A DNA stretch of 64,000 nt from an uncultured Pseudomonadota bacterium (GTDB taxonomy: Bacteria; Oederibacteriota; Muellerivitia; Muellerivitales; Muellerivitaceae). The stretch lies in contig CAVYRH010000026.1 of assembly GCA_963770835.1 (NCBI GenBank), forward strand, positions 352,001 through 416,000, written 5' to 3'. The notes beneath the pieces are model-generated. The model was not told the DNA's origin. It worked only from the letters and a program-made list of their open reading frames with translations, and did no database searches. This document shows positions 30,212-40,603 of the stretch, in pieces. Each line of letters begins with the position of its first letter. Positions within the stretch are counted from its first letter, which is position 1. A program made the position numbers and the translations under genes.

Positions 30212-30775
30212 ATGTCTTCTAAAGTCTGGCTTTGGGCGATCCTGGGCTTTGTGGTGCTCTTCGGCTTGATGTTGGTGGGGTCTTATAACGGGTTGGTATC
30301 CTCCAACCAGGCGGTGGACAAGGCATGGGGTGACGTGGAAACGGACCTTCAACGGCGTTACGACCTCATTCCCAACCTGGTCAATACAGTGAAGGGTTAC
30401 GCCAAGCACGAGAGCAGCGTGCTGGAGGAAGTCACCCGGCTTCGCAGCCAATGGGGAGAGGCAAAAACCTCGACGGACCAAGTCAAGGCCGCCAATGACC
30501 TGGAAGGAGCCCTGGGACGGCTGATGGTTGTGGTGGAAAAATATCCGGATTTGAAGGCGAACGAAAATTTCCTGCGGTTGCAGGACGAGCTGGCCGGTAC
30601 CGAGAACCGTATCGCCGTAACCCGGCAGCGTTATAACGAGGCGGTGCAGGATTACAACGTGAAGGTCCAAAGTTTCCCTTCCAACCTGATGGCCTCCATC
30701 GGAGGCTTCAAGGTGAGGGATTCCTACTTCAAGGCCAAGGAAGCCGCGCAGGATGCACCGCAAGTACAGTTTTGA
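30212..30775 (+). CDS. lemA: LemA family protein
   Basis: QRRYDLIPNLV, YPDLKANENF, ENRIAV...YN. Confidence 0.95.
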   Translation: MSSKVWLWAILGFVVLFGLMLVGSYNGLVSSNQAVDKAWGDVETDLQRRYDLIPNLVNTVKGYAKHESSVLEEVTRLRSQWGEAKTSTDQVKAANDLEGALGRLMVVVEKYPDLKANENFLRLQDELAGTENRIAVTRQRYNEAVQDYNVKVQSFPSNLMASIGGFKVRDSYFKAKEAAQDAPQVQF

Positions 30776-30781
30776 ATTGCC

Positions 30782-30928
30782 GTCATTGCGAGGAGCGAAT
30801 TTCGCGACGAAGCAACCTCAGTTTATGGGTTGTTTACGCTTTTCGTGGGTTCCTCGCAACGACATATTTAAACTGGGGTTGCTTCGTCATGAATGCCCGC
30901 CTATTCGGCGGGCATTCCTCGCAATGAC
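30782..30928. repeat. GTCATTGCGAG palindromic element
   Basis: Terminal GTCATTGCGAGGA/TCCTCGCAATGAC, inner GAAGCAAC/GTTGCTTC, nested hairpins. Confidence 0.85.
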
Positions 30929-30955
30929 AGCAATTATTTTTTAATAGAGGTTTTA

Positions 30956-31582
30956 ATGGGCTCCGGTGGAATCGTTATTCTCCTTTTAACAGCCGTCCTG
31001 GCGGGTTACATTCTGGTCACCGAAAAACCCTTCTCGAAAAAAATTCCAACATCCGGTGATTTGTTCGCGGGGCTCCCCAAGATAGGCGTCCAGCTGGTAA
31101 AAGCCCCGGAGGAAATGACCGAGCGGCTGACCCCCGCATGGCAAAGGGAACTTTGCCGGAAACTGGAAGAGGAAGGGTTCACGCTCCTGGGGGATTATTC
31201 CTACGCCTCCACCCTTTTCTTTTGGGCCCGGACCTTCATCGCGCCCGACCAAAAATCCGCGCTTCTGCTGGTGAACTGGGTCGAGGGCAAGGAGGGCGGG
31301 AAGGTGGTTATCAGCAACCTGGAGATTTATTCCTTCACGGGCAACTCCTTCCTGGTCACCGCCTGCGCGCAGGACGGCGCGGCCAAGCTTTTGACCGGCG
31401 CCAACCGGCCCACGGAAGAACAAATGTCCCTCCACCTGAAAGCCGTTTTCGCCGAAAGCGCGGTGCGGCCCATCGTTGAGGAGCACCAAAGACGCCTGAA
31501 GGCCTGGGAAGAAAAGGGAGTAAAGGTTCGCGAGTTGACGAAAGAGAACGTTCTGCCAAGCCTCTCGAAAATATTCTCCTAA
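30956..31582 (+). CDS. Hypothetical membrane-anchored protein
   Basis: N-terminal TM, GC-rich codon pattern, bracketed by two repeat copies. Confidence 0.7.
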   Translation: MGSGGIVILLLTAVLAGYILVTEKPFSKKIPTSGDLFAGLPKIGVQLVKAPEEMTERLTPAWQRELCRKLEEEGFTLLGDYSYASTLFFWARTFIAPDQKSALLLVNWVEGKEGGKVVISNLEIYSFTGNSFLVTACAQDGAAKLLTGANRPTEEQMSLHLKAVFAESAVRPIVEEHQRRLKAWEEKGVKVRELTKENVLPSLSKIFS

Positions 31583-31601
31583 AACTAAAATATAAATTTC
31601 T

Positions 31602-31750
31602 GTCATTGCGAGGAGCGAATTTCGCGACGAAGCAACCTCAGTTTATGGGTGGTTTTAGCCTTGATTTTGGATCCATCGGAAAAGCATTTTTAAACTGGGG
31701 TTGCTTCGTCATAACCGAGCCCCTATTCGGGGCTCATTCCTCGCAATGAC
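31602..31750. repeat. GTCATTGCGAG palindromic element
   Basis: First 49 bp identical to the copy at 30782. Confidence 0.85.
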
Positions 31751-31946
31751 GGATTAAATGAATTTAAATTTTGCAGTTTAAACCGTTAAACCGCGCCGGG
31801 CCCTTCAGTTAAATCAAAAGTTAACGTTAGGTTAAGGGATTAGTGGTATCTTTTGAACACATCGGTAAATGTCCCTGACAGGAAGGTTTTCCGTGAGCGG
31901 AAGAACAGGCTGGCTGGAAAAATATAATAAGGGCCGCGTAGTTTCC

Positions 31947-32399
31947 ATGGTGGAAGTGAAATACCACCGCGTCAAGATCAAGAAAACCCCGCGAAAAAAG
32001 AAAAAGCAGCCCGCCCCCGACCCCGCCCACCGGGACGAAAGCCTTTATTACGTCCTGGACAAGAACACTTCCTACGGCGAAATGTGCCTGACGGCCAGCA
32101 GCGTTTTTTCCAGAAACGAAATCGTGGAATTGGAGCTTTTCGTGGCCCGCCACCGGGCCAAACTGCGGCTTTTGGCCAAGATCAAGAAAATGGAGACTTT
32201 CCACGAACTTCAGAGGCCCCTTTTCCGGGGTGACCTCCAATTCGCGGCGGTAAACAAACACGACTTTGAAAATGTCCGTGCCCTGGAAGAACAAAAGATC
32301 CGGGAAGAAACCGCTTTCCGGAATTCTTTCGCGCACCAGACCCCCAAAGCCGCCGATGCCCCGGCTAATTCCATGCGCCTGACCTTCAAACGGGGCTAA
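31947..32399 (+). CDS. Hypothetical protein, possibly degenerate PilZ-like
   Basis: NTSYGEMCL...VELELFV...AKI pattern; RxxxR not evident; start uncertain. Confidence 0.5.
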   Translation: MVEVKYHRVKIKKTPRKKKKQPAPDPAHRDESLYYVLDKNTSYGEMCLTASSVFSRNEIVELELFVARHRAKLRLLAKIKKMETFHELQRPLFRGDLQFAAVNKHDFENVRALEEQKIREETAFRNSFAHQTPKAADAPANSMRLTFKRG

Positions 32400-32583
32400 A
32401 AAGCAGTTCAAAGCCGGCATTTGACAGCTCACAGCAACAGCCTAAAACCTCAATCTTGTCGGCCTTGCTGTTAACTGTGAACTGTATTTTTGGTGTGGCC
32501 GACGGCCTTTTAAATCGGTAAAATCCATCCGCTTCGGCAATCATCCTGCCTGAAAAAGAATGCTCAAAAGGAAAAGGTGGAAA

Positions 32584-33591
32584 ATGGAAAAGTTCAATCT
32601 CGACGGTCCGGCGGCGTTTGTTATCCCCCATTGGAGCCAAGGTTCGGCCATGGAACGCAAATGGCTGGATGAAACCCTGGAAAGGATCAAGCTCCAAACC
32701 GACCCCAACTGGGTGATCCTCATCGGCGACGGCAACTCCCCCTCCGCCGAGGCCAAGGAGTATTTGAGGAAACTGGAGAAGGAATACAACGGGAAGATGA
32801 AAATCCTCTTCATGGACCACTCGGACGGCCCGGGCCATGCCCGCAACGTGGCCATCCAGTACGCCTACGAGCAGAAGTATCCCTTCATCGTTTTCATCGA
32901 CGCGGACGACCTGACCCACCCCTGGCGGGTGGAAGTGGTGCGCGACATCTTCAAGAAAAACCCCAATGCGGGGGTGGTATACAGCACGTTCAACGTGATC
33001 AACGAGGACGGCAAACCAACGCCCTACGCCAAGTGCTCCCAGTCCATCGTGGAGATCCTGGAATCCCACAGTAACCCGCCCCAGGGCAAGGACGCCTGGA
33101 TCAACATCTGCACCGAGGCCGGCTATACCAACTTGACTTCCACCACCTCGGTCTTGACCGGTATCGCCCGCGACATCCCCTTCCCCGGGGAAAAGGCCAG
33201 CGAGGACTACTACGCCTGGCTTTGCTACTCGGCCAGCGGCGCCGAGTTCGTCTTCACGCCCTTGACCCCCACCAATTACCGCATTCCGCAGAACACCCAG
33301 GGATCGGCTTCCCGCAGCCGCGAGGGTGGCAAGTCGAAGTTTTATGAGACCAAGTGCCGCGTGGACGCCGCCGGGGTCGAGAAGGCCATCGAACTGGCCA
33401 CGAAGCGCGGAGTCTTGGACGAGAAGAAGGCCAACGACATCCGCGCCAAGTTCTACGTCAAGGAAGCCGTCACCATGTTCCGCGAGAACGAGCACGGCCT
33501 GGCCAAGATGTGCACCGACAATGCCCGCAAGTTCAACGCGGGCATCGCCGACAAGCTCATCGCCGAAAAGGGCCTTTCCAGCCTCAAATAG
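32584..33591 (+). CDS. Glycosyltransferase family 2
   Basis: FVIP, GPGHARN, FIDADD, SED. Confidence 0.85.
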   Translation: MEKFNLDGPAAFVIPHWSQGSAMERKWLDETLERIKLQTDPNWVILIGDGNSPSAEAKEYLRKLEKEYNGKMKILFMDHSDGPGHARNVAIQYAYEQKYPFIVFIDADDLTHPWRVEVVRDIFKKNPNAGVVYSTFNVINEDGKPTPYAKCSQSIVEILESHSNPPQGKDAWINICTEAGYTNLTSTTSVLTGIARDIPFPGEKASEDYYAWLCYSASGAEFVFTPLTPTNYRIPQNTQGSASRSREGGKSKFYETKCRVDAAGVEKAIELATKRGVLDEKKANDIRAKFYVKEAVTMFRENEHGLAKMCTDNARKFNAGIADKLIAEKGLSSLK

Positions 33592-33635
33592 CGAGAGCCC
33601 TGGAAAACCCAACCGGGTAAAGGTAAAGTTTCACC

Positions 33636-33667
33636 AAAAGGACCACTGAAGGCGAGTGGTCCTTTTT
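33636..33667. terminator. Intrinsic terminator (possibly bidirectional)
   Basis: AAAAGGACCACT/AGTGGTCCTTTT. Confidence 0.7.
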
Positions 33668-33705
33668 ACTTTCCGCCCGAGGGGCGGGTACCCGGATGGG
33701 AACCG

Positions 33706-35376
33706 ATGAGGCTTGCTCTTCAACTTCGCGCTTGGGCCCTTTGCCTGGCCCCGGGCTTCCTGTTTCCCGCCATGACCCAGGCCGGTCCCGTTTCCAACCA
33801 GGGCACCGAGTTCTGGCTGACTTTCCCCAACCAATACCAGACCCAGCCCCAAGCCCTCGACCTTTTCATCCTTTCCCAAACCGGGGCCTCAGGTATGGTT
33901 TCTGTGGCCGGGCTTTCCTACGGGCAGGCCTTTTCGGTCGCGGCCAATTCCGCAACGACCGTAGTGGTCCCGGAAAGCGCCATGCTTTCGGCCTCGGACG
34001 GCGTCCAGAACCTGGCCATCCACGTCACTTCCAACAGCAGCGTCAACGTGATCGGCCTGGAATACGCGAATCTCGTGACGGACGGCTATTTGGCCCTTCC
34101 CGTGGGCGCCATCGGAACGCAGTACTGGGTGGCCAGCTACACCGCGGATGTTGTTTCAGGGGGCACGACCGCGATCGGTTCCAGCGAATTCGCGGTCGTG
34201 GCTTCCCAGGATTCCACCAGCGTCACCATTACGCCTTCCATCACAGTGGGCTCCCACCCCGTGAGCGTTGCCTACACCGTAACCTTAAACCAGTGGCAGA
34301 CCTATGAGCTCCAGGCGGACATCTTGGGCAACGACCTAACCGGCACGCAGGTCACTTCCAACCTCCCCGTGGCCTTTTTTGACGCCAACGCCTGCGCCGA
34401 TGTGCCGGTAAGCTACACAACCTGCAACATGCTCTTGGAGGAGGAAATCCCCCTCACCACCTGGGGAACGGCCTTCGTCACCGTCCCCCTGGCCACCCGG
34501 AGCTCCGATACCTTCCGGTATCTTTCCTCAGCGAACGGCACGACCGTCAACGTCAATGGCGCGGCCGTGACCACCCTCAACCAAGGCCAGTTTTACGAGC
34601 AGATGCTTTCCACGGCCTCCTACATCACCTCTAATAACCCCATCCTGGTCATGCAATATTCCAACAGCCACACCTACGACAACGTGGCCATCGGGGACCC
34701 CTCCCAGATCACCGTGCCGCCCGTTTCGGATTACGGCACCGCCTACCAACTGGCGGCCCCCGCCACAGTTTTTCCCGCGAATTACCTGAACGTGGCCGCG
34801 CCCAGCGCGGAAGCCGGTTCCATAACGTTCGATGGGGCCCTCCTCCCGGCGGGAAGTTTCTCGGTGGTGGGGGCCAGCGGGTTCTCGGCGGCACAGGTGA
34901 CCATCGGTACGGGCTATCACCAGCTCTCCGGGCCCCAGCCCTTTGGGGTGGAATCCTACGGCTTCGCCAACCACGACGCCTATGGCTACCCGGGCGGGCT
35001 CGTCTTCGTCAACCTGCCCACCCTCACCCCAACGCCTACTCCCACGGTTACCCCGACTCCGACCATCACCCCGACCCCGATTCCCACATTAACCCCCACG
35101 CCCGTTTGCGTCATCAAGGTCTGGCCGGTGCCTTTTAATCCGCCGAGGGCGGTGGGGGGGGTCTTGAAGTTGGATTGCCTCCAGCCGAACGACCAGGTTT
35201 CGTATTACACCTTATCGGGGGAATTGGTGTTTCAAACGAACTCCCCGGGGGCCGAATATGATTGGAACGGGACGAATACCGCGGGAATACCCGTGGCTCC
35301 CGGTATTTATTTCTACACGGTAGTGCGGAATGGGCAGGTGGTGAAGAGGGACAAGTTTATTTTGGTGAGGCTTTGA
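33706..35376 (+). CDS. Secreted IgGFc-binding-domain protein + PT linker + FlgD/T9SS-like C-terminal domain
   Basis: GTEFWLTF, DGYLALP, DLTGTQVTSNLPVA, GDPS, YGYPGG; WPVPFNP...YTLSGELV...WNGTN...PGIYFY. Confidence 0.8.
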   Translation: MRLALQLRAWALCLAPGFLFPAMTQAGPVSNQGTEFWLTFPNQYQTQPQALDLFILSQTGASGMVSVAGLSYGQAFSVAANSATTVVVPESAMLSASDGVQNLAIHVTSNSSVNVIGLEYANLVTDGYLALPVGAIGTQYWVASYTADVVSGGTTAIGSSEFAVVASQDSTSVTITPSITVGSHPVSVAYTVTLNQWQTYELQADILGNDLTGTQVTSNLPVAFFDANACADVPVSYTTCNMLLEEEIPLTTWGTAFVTVPLATRSSDTFRYLSSANGTTVNVNGAAVTTLNQGQFYEQMLSTASYITSNNPILVMQYSNSHTYDNVAIGDPSQITVPPVSDYGTAYQLAAPATVFPANYLNVAAPSAEAGSITFDGALLPAGSFSVVGASGFSAAQVTIGTGYHQLSGPQPFGVESYGFANHDAYGYPGGLVFVNLPTLTPTPTPTVTPTPTITPTPIPTLTPTPVCVIKVWPVPFNPPRAVGGVLKLDCLQPNDQVSYYTLSGELVFQTNSPGAEYDWNGTNTAGIPVAPGIYFYTVVRNGQVVKRDKFILVRL

Positions 35377-35448
35377 GCTGTAAAATGAAATAAGCGATCG
35401 AATTAGTGTCGAAAAGTGATTGGTTATAAGTTGAGGAAGGAGCCCCTT

Positions 35449-36408
35449 TTGAAAAGAATTGTTTGTATGTTGGTTTTCTTTTTTGGCTCACAACTTGCTC
35501 TGGCTCAACCCCCAAAAGAAATCAGCTCTATCTACGTTTTGAAAAATGGTCCCAAGGAGTGTTGCCGTGAAATCCCGGGAATGGGGCCTGTTAAAAAATT
35601 TCCAGTTGATAAATTTGAAATGGTTTTGGAGAAAGAAATAAACACTGAAGCGAAAATCAATATATTTAAAAGTAAGGATGGAAAGAATGAAAATACAATA
35701 AAAGTAATTTTTGCTAAACCTCCGCAATTAAACGGTGTGTTTTTACTCGACGCCTCTGGAAACACGATGGCTTCCATAACTAAAGACCTATTTACGCAAG
35801 ACGGCGATTTAACTTTTTCCACCTGTGACGAGGTGGTTAGTGGCGATTTAAACGGTGACCATAAAAACGATTATTTTGTTTGTCTAACCGAGATCGGGAA
35901 TGGGATAGCACAGTCCGGCGAGGGTATTTTTTTCTTATCGAATAGCCAGGGTTATGCATCGAAATGGTATGAAGCTTATACAGTTGATTCTGATGATTTA
36001 GTTGATTTGTGCAACGATGGGCGGTGTTTTTTAATCGATGATAATGTCATATGGACCGATAACCTCGATCTGCCGCCGAAAGACTTTAGCGAAATCCCAA
36101 CTGATATTGATGAAGCGGAAAAAGAGGCGATTAAAAAAGGGGAGACGTCAGGAATTTTTGGAAACGATTTATTTTTTTCAGTTTATTACCCGGTTGAAGT
36201 CCATAGAGATAAATTGGTCATCGCCAACAATATCGATAAGCGATTTCCCGTATTTCAGTCTTGGTTTAGATGGGAGGGGTTGGAGAACAAGGGCGAAACA
36301 CAATTAATCAGCAAGAAACAAAAACAAAAAATTTGGGAAGAGAATATTAAAAATATAATGGATGTTCCTATTCGAGACAAAACATTTGAAATGCCACAAT
36401 CCAATTAA
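35449..36408 (+). CDS. AT-rich hypothetical exported protein
   Basis: Long ORF with signal peptide, GDLNGDHKND Ca-loop-like motif, GGAG RBS. Confidence 0.65.
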   Translation: MKRIVCMLVFFFGSQLALAQPPKEISSIYVLKNGPKECCREIPGMGPVKKFPVDKFEMVLEKEINTEAKINIFKSKDGKNENTIKVIFAKPPQLNGVFLLDASGNTMASITKDLFTQDGDLTFSTCDEVVSGDLNGDHKNDYFVCLTEIGNGIAQSGEGIFFLSNSQGYASKWYEAYTVDSDDLVDLCNDGRCFLIDDNVIWTDNLDLPPKDFSEIPTDIDEAEKEAIKKGETSGIFGNDLFFSVYYPVEVHRDKLVIANNIDKRFPVFQSWFRWEGLENKGETQLISKKQKQKIWEENIKNIMDVPIRDKTFEMPQSN

Positions 36409-37130
36409 ACAGTAGTTTTTTCAATCTTTGGCATTTGGTCCCAAGTGCGACCTTGTAAAGTGCGTCCATTGCGTTTTTTCCAGACGCCGCCCCATTGTTT
36501 GAAAAAGAATGGGACCTTAGCCTTAACGCATTGTTTCTTTATCTCAAGCACCCAAGAACCATCCATCGGTCGTGCGCCAGGGCCTGATTCTCCTCCAACA
36601 ATAGCCCAATCAATTCCTTTCAATTTCAAGTTCGGCAAGGGGCCCAGAAGGGGTTCCAGCGAAAGAAACTTGATATGGGCTTTTGTTTTGCGAAGGTGAT
36701 CAATACGGTAGGTGAAGCTGTCAGATTCCACGCTAACACCCATCCAAATGTTCGGAGCCCAGGATAATTTAGGGCTTAGTTCTTCCAGCCGTTCAGCGCG
36801 TTTGGTGAGCACTTGGAAGATATGCCAATGGGCACGGTTCATGATGTTAAAAACCTGTTGGATGAACTTGAGTGGGACGTCTTTGTGAAATAAGTCACTC
36901 ATGGAATTAACGAAGATGGTCTTGGGAGTTTTCCAGGACAAAGGAAGCTCTATTCGGTCGGGCCAGAGTTTGAGGTCAAAGCCTTGTTTGAAGGGATGTC
37001 CTGGAACCCCACGGAATCGTTCAGCGAACCGCTCGGCGTAACAGTGTGCACAGCCGGCACTGACCTTGTCACATCCAGTGACAGGGTTCCAGGTTGAGTT
37101 GGTCCATTCAATTGTTGATTTCTCAGCCAT
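36405..37130 (-). CDS. DUF5131 (phage Gp37/Gp68) family three-Cys-motif protein
   Basis: IEWT..TWNP.TGCDKVSAGCAHCYA, FVNSMSDLFH, LTKR, GGESG, FFFKQWGG. Confidence 0.93.
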   Translation of the reverse strand: MAEKSTIEWTNSTWNPVTGCDKVSAGCAHCYAERFAERFRGVPGHPFKQGFDLKLWPDRIELPLSWKTPKTIFVNSMSDLFHKDVPLKFIQQVFNIMNRAHWHIFQVLTKRAERLEELSPKLSWAPNIWMGVSVESDSFTYRIDHLRKTKAHIKFLSLEPLLGPLPNLKLKGIDWAIVGGESGPGARPMDGSWVLEIKKQCVKAKVPFFFKQWGGVWKKRNGRTLQGRTWDQMPKIEKTTV

Positions 37131-38080
37131 GAATTACCCTTTTAAAATGTGGTTAGCTATTCTAAGGGCAATTGGCATCCCTTTTTCATTGCCACAAGCA
37201 AAGCATAGCAAAAACAATGGGTTGTTTTTGGAGTTTAAAAGCCTAGCCGGATTTGGTGCAACGCCAACGAAAAGACTTCTTAAACGATCAAGCATGTATT
37301 GTTCGATTTTCTCATAATCGGCAGTCTTTACTAAACCTGGTTCAGTTTGGAATAAATCCAAAGTTTGTTCTTGAGAATAAAATGCCTTTCGCCAGCTCGC
37401 TTCTCCAAAAATAGAAGTCAGCTTATCTTCCCATTCTGGGTCGAGGCGTCCATCCTTTTTTAAAAGTCGAGTTACTGCGTTAATTGGAAACAAATACCAA
37501 AGATCAATAGCTTTGGTCTTGGCAATAGCTTCTATCACCTTCCAATTTACTTGCATAGCAAAAGGGTCGAGGAATAATACGGCTCTACTTGTTGACCAGT
37601 TTGTTTTAGAACAAAAGGTTAATAAGAAGTCATTTGCATCTTCAGAAGCCAATGTTATATCGGCTTTTTTATCCGGGAATTCTTCAATTAACTTTTCCAA
37701 CTCCAAAAATTGTTTCGAGTCCTTCTCAATAAAAACATATTTTTTAAATCTAGGGGTTGTTTCTAAAGCAATTCTTGCTGATCCCTTTATGAATTTTTGC
37801 GATTCTTGATCTGTTAATTCAAGAAAAGATAATTCAGATTCATCAGATTTTTTCTTTACAGTCATATAACCTGATCCCGCGAAAGCATCGATGTAAACCG
37901 TTTCGAAAGGTTGCTTTTTTAGTACAGTTGTATATTTCGTTAAATATTGGCTGTAAACGCCGGTCGAAAAGTGTGACGGTCTGAGAGGTCAAAAAGGCGG
38001 TCGAAAAGTGTGACACTCCCCGAATATCCGGGACAATGTGGTTTTCAGCAATGGAACTACAGGCACCGGAAGGAAAAGGA

Positions 38081-39569
38081 GTGTTCAAAGATATGGACCG
38101 ATGGACGGAAATCCGCAAGAAAGTGCTGGTAGAAGGGGTCTCCAAGCGCCAGGTGATGGAAGAGGAGGGCATCCACTGGGAAACCCTCAAGAAGATCCTC
38201 GCCCACAGTAAGCCGCCCGGCTACCGGAAGAACCGGGGATCGGGACCCAGCCGAAGATTGGGCCGTTCCTGGGCCGCATCAAGCAAATCCTCGAAGACGA
38301 CAAGCACACCCACAAGAAACAGCGCCATACCGCCAAGCGCATCTTTGAGCGCCTACGAAGCCGAGGATGGCTACACCGGCGGATACACCCAGGTGAAAAA
38401 GGCCGTCCGGGGACTCAAGCGAAGGAATAGCGAGGTCTTCGTGCCGTTGACGCACCGGCCCGGCGAGGCCAGGTGGACTTTGGGCACGCCCTGGTGAAGC
38501 TCAAGGCGTGTTGGTGAAGCGCCCGTACTTCGTGATGGCCTTGCCCTATTCGGACGCTTACTTCGTGCAGATATTTGAGCGGGAGAGCACGGAGTTCGTC
38601 TGGGAAGGCCACATCCGGGCGTTCGAGTATTTCGGCGGGGTGCCCTGGCGGATCAGCTACGACAACGCCGAGACCCTCGTGAAAAAGTTGCTCGGGGTAC
38701 ACCAACGGGAGTTGACCCGGAGTTTCAAGCAGTTGGTGAGCCATTATCTCTTCGACCACCACTTCTGCACGGTACGCCGGGGCAACGAAAAGGGCGTGGT
38801 GGAAGGCGGGGTGAAGTATGTGCGGCTGAATTTCATGGTGCCGGTTCCACAAGTGGGACAGCTTGGAGGAACTGAACAAGAGGTTGGTGGTGAACTGCGA
38901 CGAGGATTTGGAACGCAAAGTGCGCGGCAAAGGAGCGGCCAAAGCCAAGCTTCTGGAGGAGGACAGGCCCATTTTCGGCCTTTACCTGCCGCTGCTTTTG
39001 ACGCCTGTCTGAAGCAGTCCACCACGGCCACATCGTTGTCCCTGGTGCGCTTCGACACCAACGACTATTCCGTGCCGACGGAGTGGGCCCACCATCCGGT
39101 GGTGGTGAAGGGATACATCGACCGGGTGGATATTTTCCACAAGGAAAAACGGATCGCGACCCACGAGCGTCTTTGGTGCAAGGAGGGCGTGACCTTCAAT
39201 CCAGTGCATTATTTGGCGATTTTGGAGGGCAAACCTGGGGCACTGGATCATGCCCGGCCCCTGGAAGACTGGAACCTGCCGGAGAGTTTCGCCCTGCTGC
39301 GCCGCCGCATGGAAGGCAAGGAGAAGTTTCACGGTGAGGGAACGCGGGAATACATCCGCACGCTGCGGCTTATGGAAAAGCATTCCATGGGCAGGCTTCA
39401 CCGGGCGGTGAAGAAAGCCGTGCAGATGGAAATCTATACCCGCGACGCCGTCGCCCAATTGCTCTACTCCAGGGAGGATTTCAGGCTGACCACCTTCAGC
39501 CTGGCCGGTCGTGAGCACTTGCGGCGGGTCCAGGTGGCCCGAACGGATCTTCGGCCTACCGCGAACTGA
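38081..39569 (+). pseudogene. istA: IS21 transposase with several frameshifts
   Basis: YTGGYTQVK, PGEA-(Q)VDFG across a frameshift, FGGVP..ISYDN, EKGVVEG, NDYSVP. Confidence 0.85.
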
Positions 39570-39588
39570 TGGCGGTCGGAGGTGAAGC

Positions 39589-40390
39589 ATGAGCACTTCC
39601 AAAAACACCCTCCTGCTGGAACATCACTCAAGAAACTCAAACTGCCCACGATGTAGCGCGAGTACGACAAGATGGCCCAGCTCTGCCGCACCGAGCGCAG
39701 CGACTATCCGCAGTACCTGTTCAGGCTTCCGAACTGGAACTTCTGGACCGGGAACGCCGGGCCAAGGAGAGGCGCATCCGCGATGCCGGCTTTCCCGTGC
39801 TCAAAACCTTGGACACGTTCGACTTCAAGGCCCAGCCCTCGATCAACCAGGAATTGACGCGGGAACTGATGCGGGGCGAGTACATCGACAAAAAGGAAAA
39901 CGTCCTGCTGGTCGGCAATTCAGGAACGGGCAAAACCCACTTGGCCACGGCCTTGGCCTTCCAGGCCTGCTCCCAAGGCCGGGCAGTGCGCTTCTTCTCC
40001 GTCACCGGCCTGGTGACAGAACTTTTGGAGCGCCGCGAGGAAAAACAATTGGCCAAGTTCCACCGGCAGTTGGCCAGGCACCACCTGATCGTCCTGGACG
40101 AACTGGGTTACGTGCCCTTCACCAAGGCGGGGGCCGAGCTACTTATTCGAGTGGTCAGCAAGGCCTATGAACGTACCAGCCTGATGGTAACGACCAATTT
40201 GCCCTTTGAAAATTGGGTGGAAATCATGGGTTCCGAGAGGATGACGGGCGCGCTTATTGACCGTTTGACCCATCGGGTGCATATTCTGGAGGCCAACGGC
40301 CAAAGCTTCAGGCTGGGGGAATCAAAAAAACGGCTCAAAGAACAAAGACAAGAAGGATTGATAAAGCTAACCAACGACCATACACCGTAA
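39589..40390 (+). pseudogene. istB: IS21 ATPase with frameshifted N-terminus
   Basis: GNSGTGKTHLA, LDELGY, TTN, DRLTH; the N-terminus is spread over several frames. Confidence 0.85.
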
Positions 40391-40603
40391 GGCGTATGGA
40401 AGGCGGGGGGTGTCACACTTTTGGACCGCCCACCGTCACACTTTTCGAGCGGCGCGGACATATTGGCGAATCATTTCAAGCTTTTGAACCGACCAATCTC
40501 CGCCAAAGTTTTGCTGGCTTTTTTTCATTATTTAACTGTCCATCGTTAAAGTTAATTTTATGGCGCTTGACATTTTACCAAAAAAGAATACACCTGTATA
40601 CTT

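Larger units (their letters stand above)
37952..40460 (+). mobile_element. IS21-family insertion sequence
   Basis: TG...CA ends, repeated AAAAGTGTGAC terminal motifs at both ends, 7-bp TSD TATTGGC (37945-37951 and 40461-40467). Confidence 0.93.
37134..40528 (-). pseudogene. tcmP: Three-Cys-motif partner protein split by IS21 (segments 40528-40461 and 37944-37134)
   Basis: Rejoined frame reads MKKSQQNFGGDWSVQKLEMIRQY|LTKYTTVLK...YIDAFAGSG...FLDPF; 292 aa with no other lesion. Confidence 0.9.

Noticed and set aside
32386..33612. 408-aa minus-strand ORF (likewise 28840-29991 and 16420-18756)
   Set aside because: Antisense to well-supported genes; expected with high GC3.
36405..37130. Prophage suggested by the Gp37/Gp68 family name
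   Set aside because: No structural, terminase or integrase genes nearby; this family is common outside phages.
37134..37865. 243-aa ORF as a complete gene
   Set aside because: It is the 3' fragment of IS-split tcmP.
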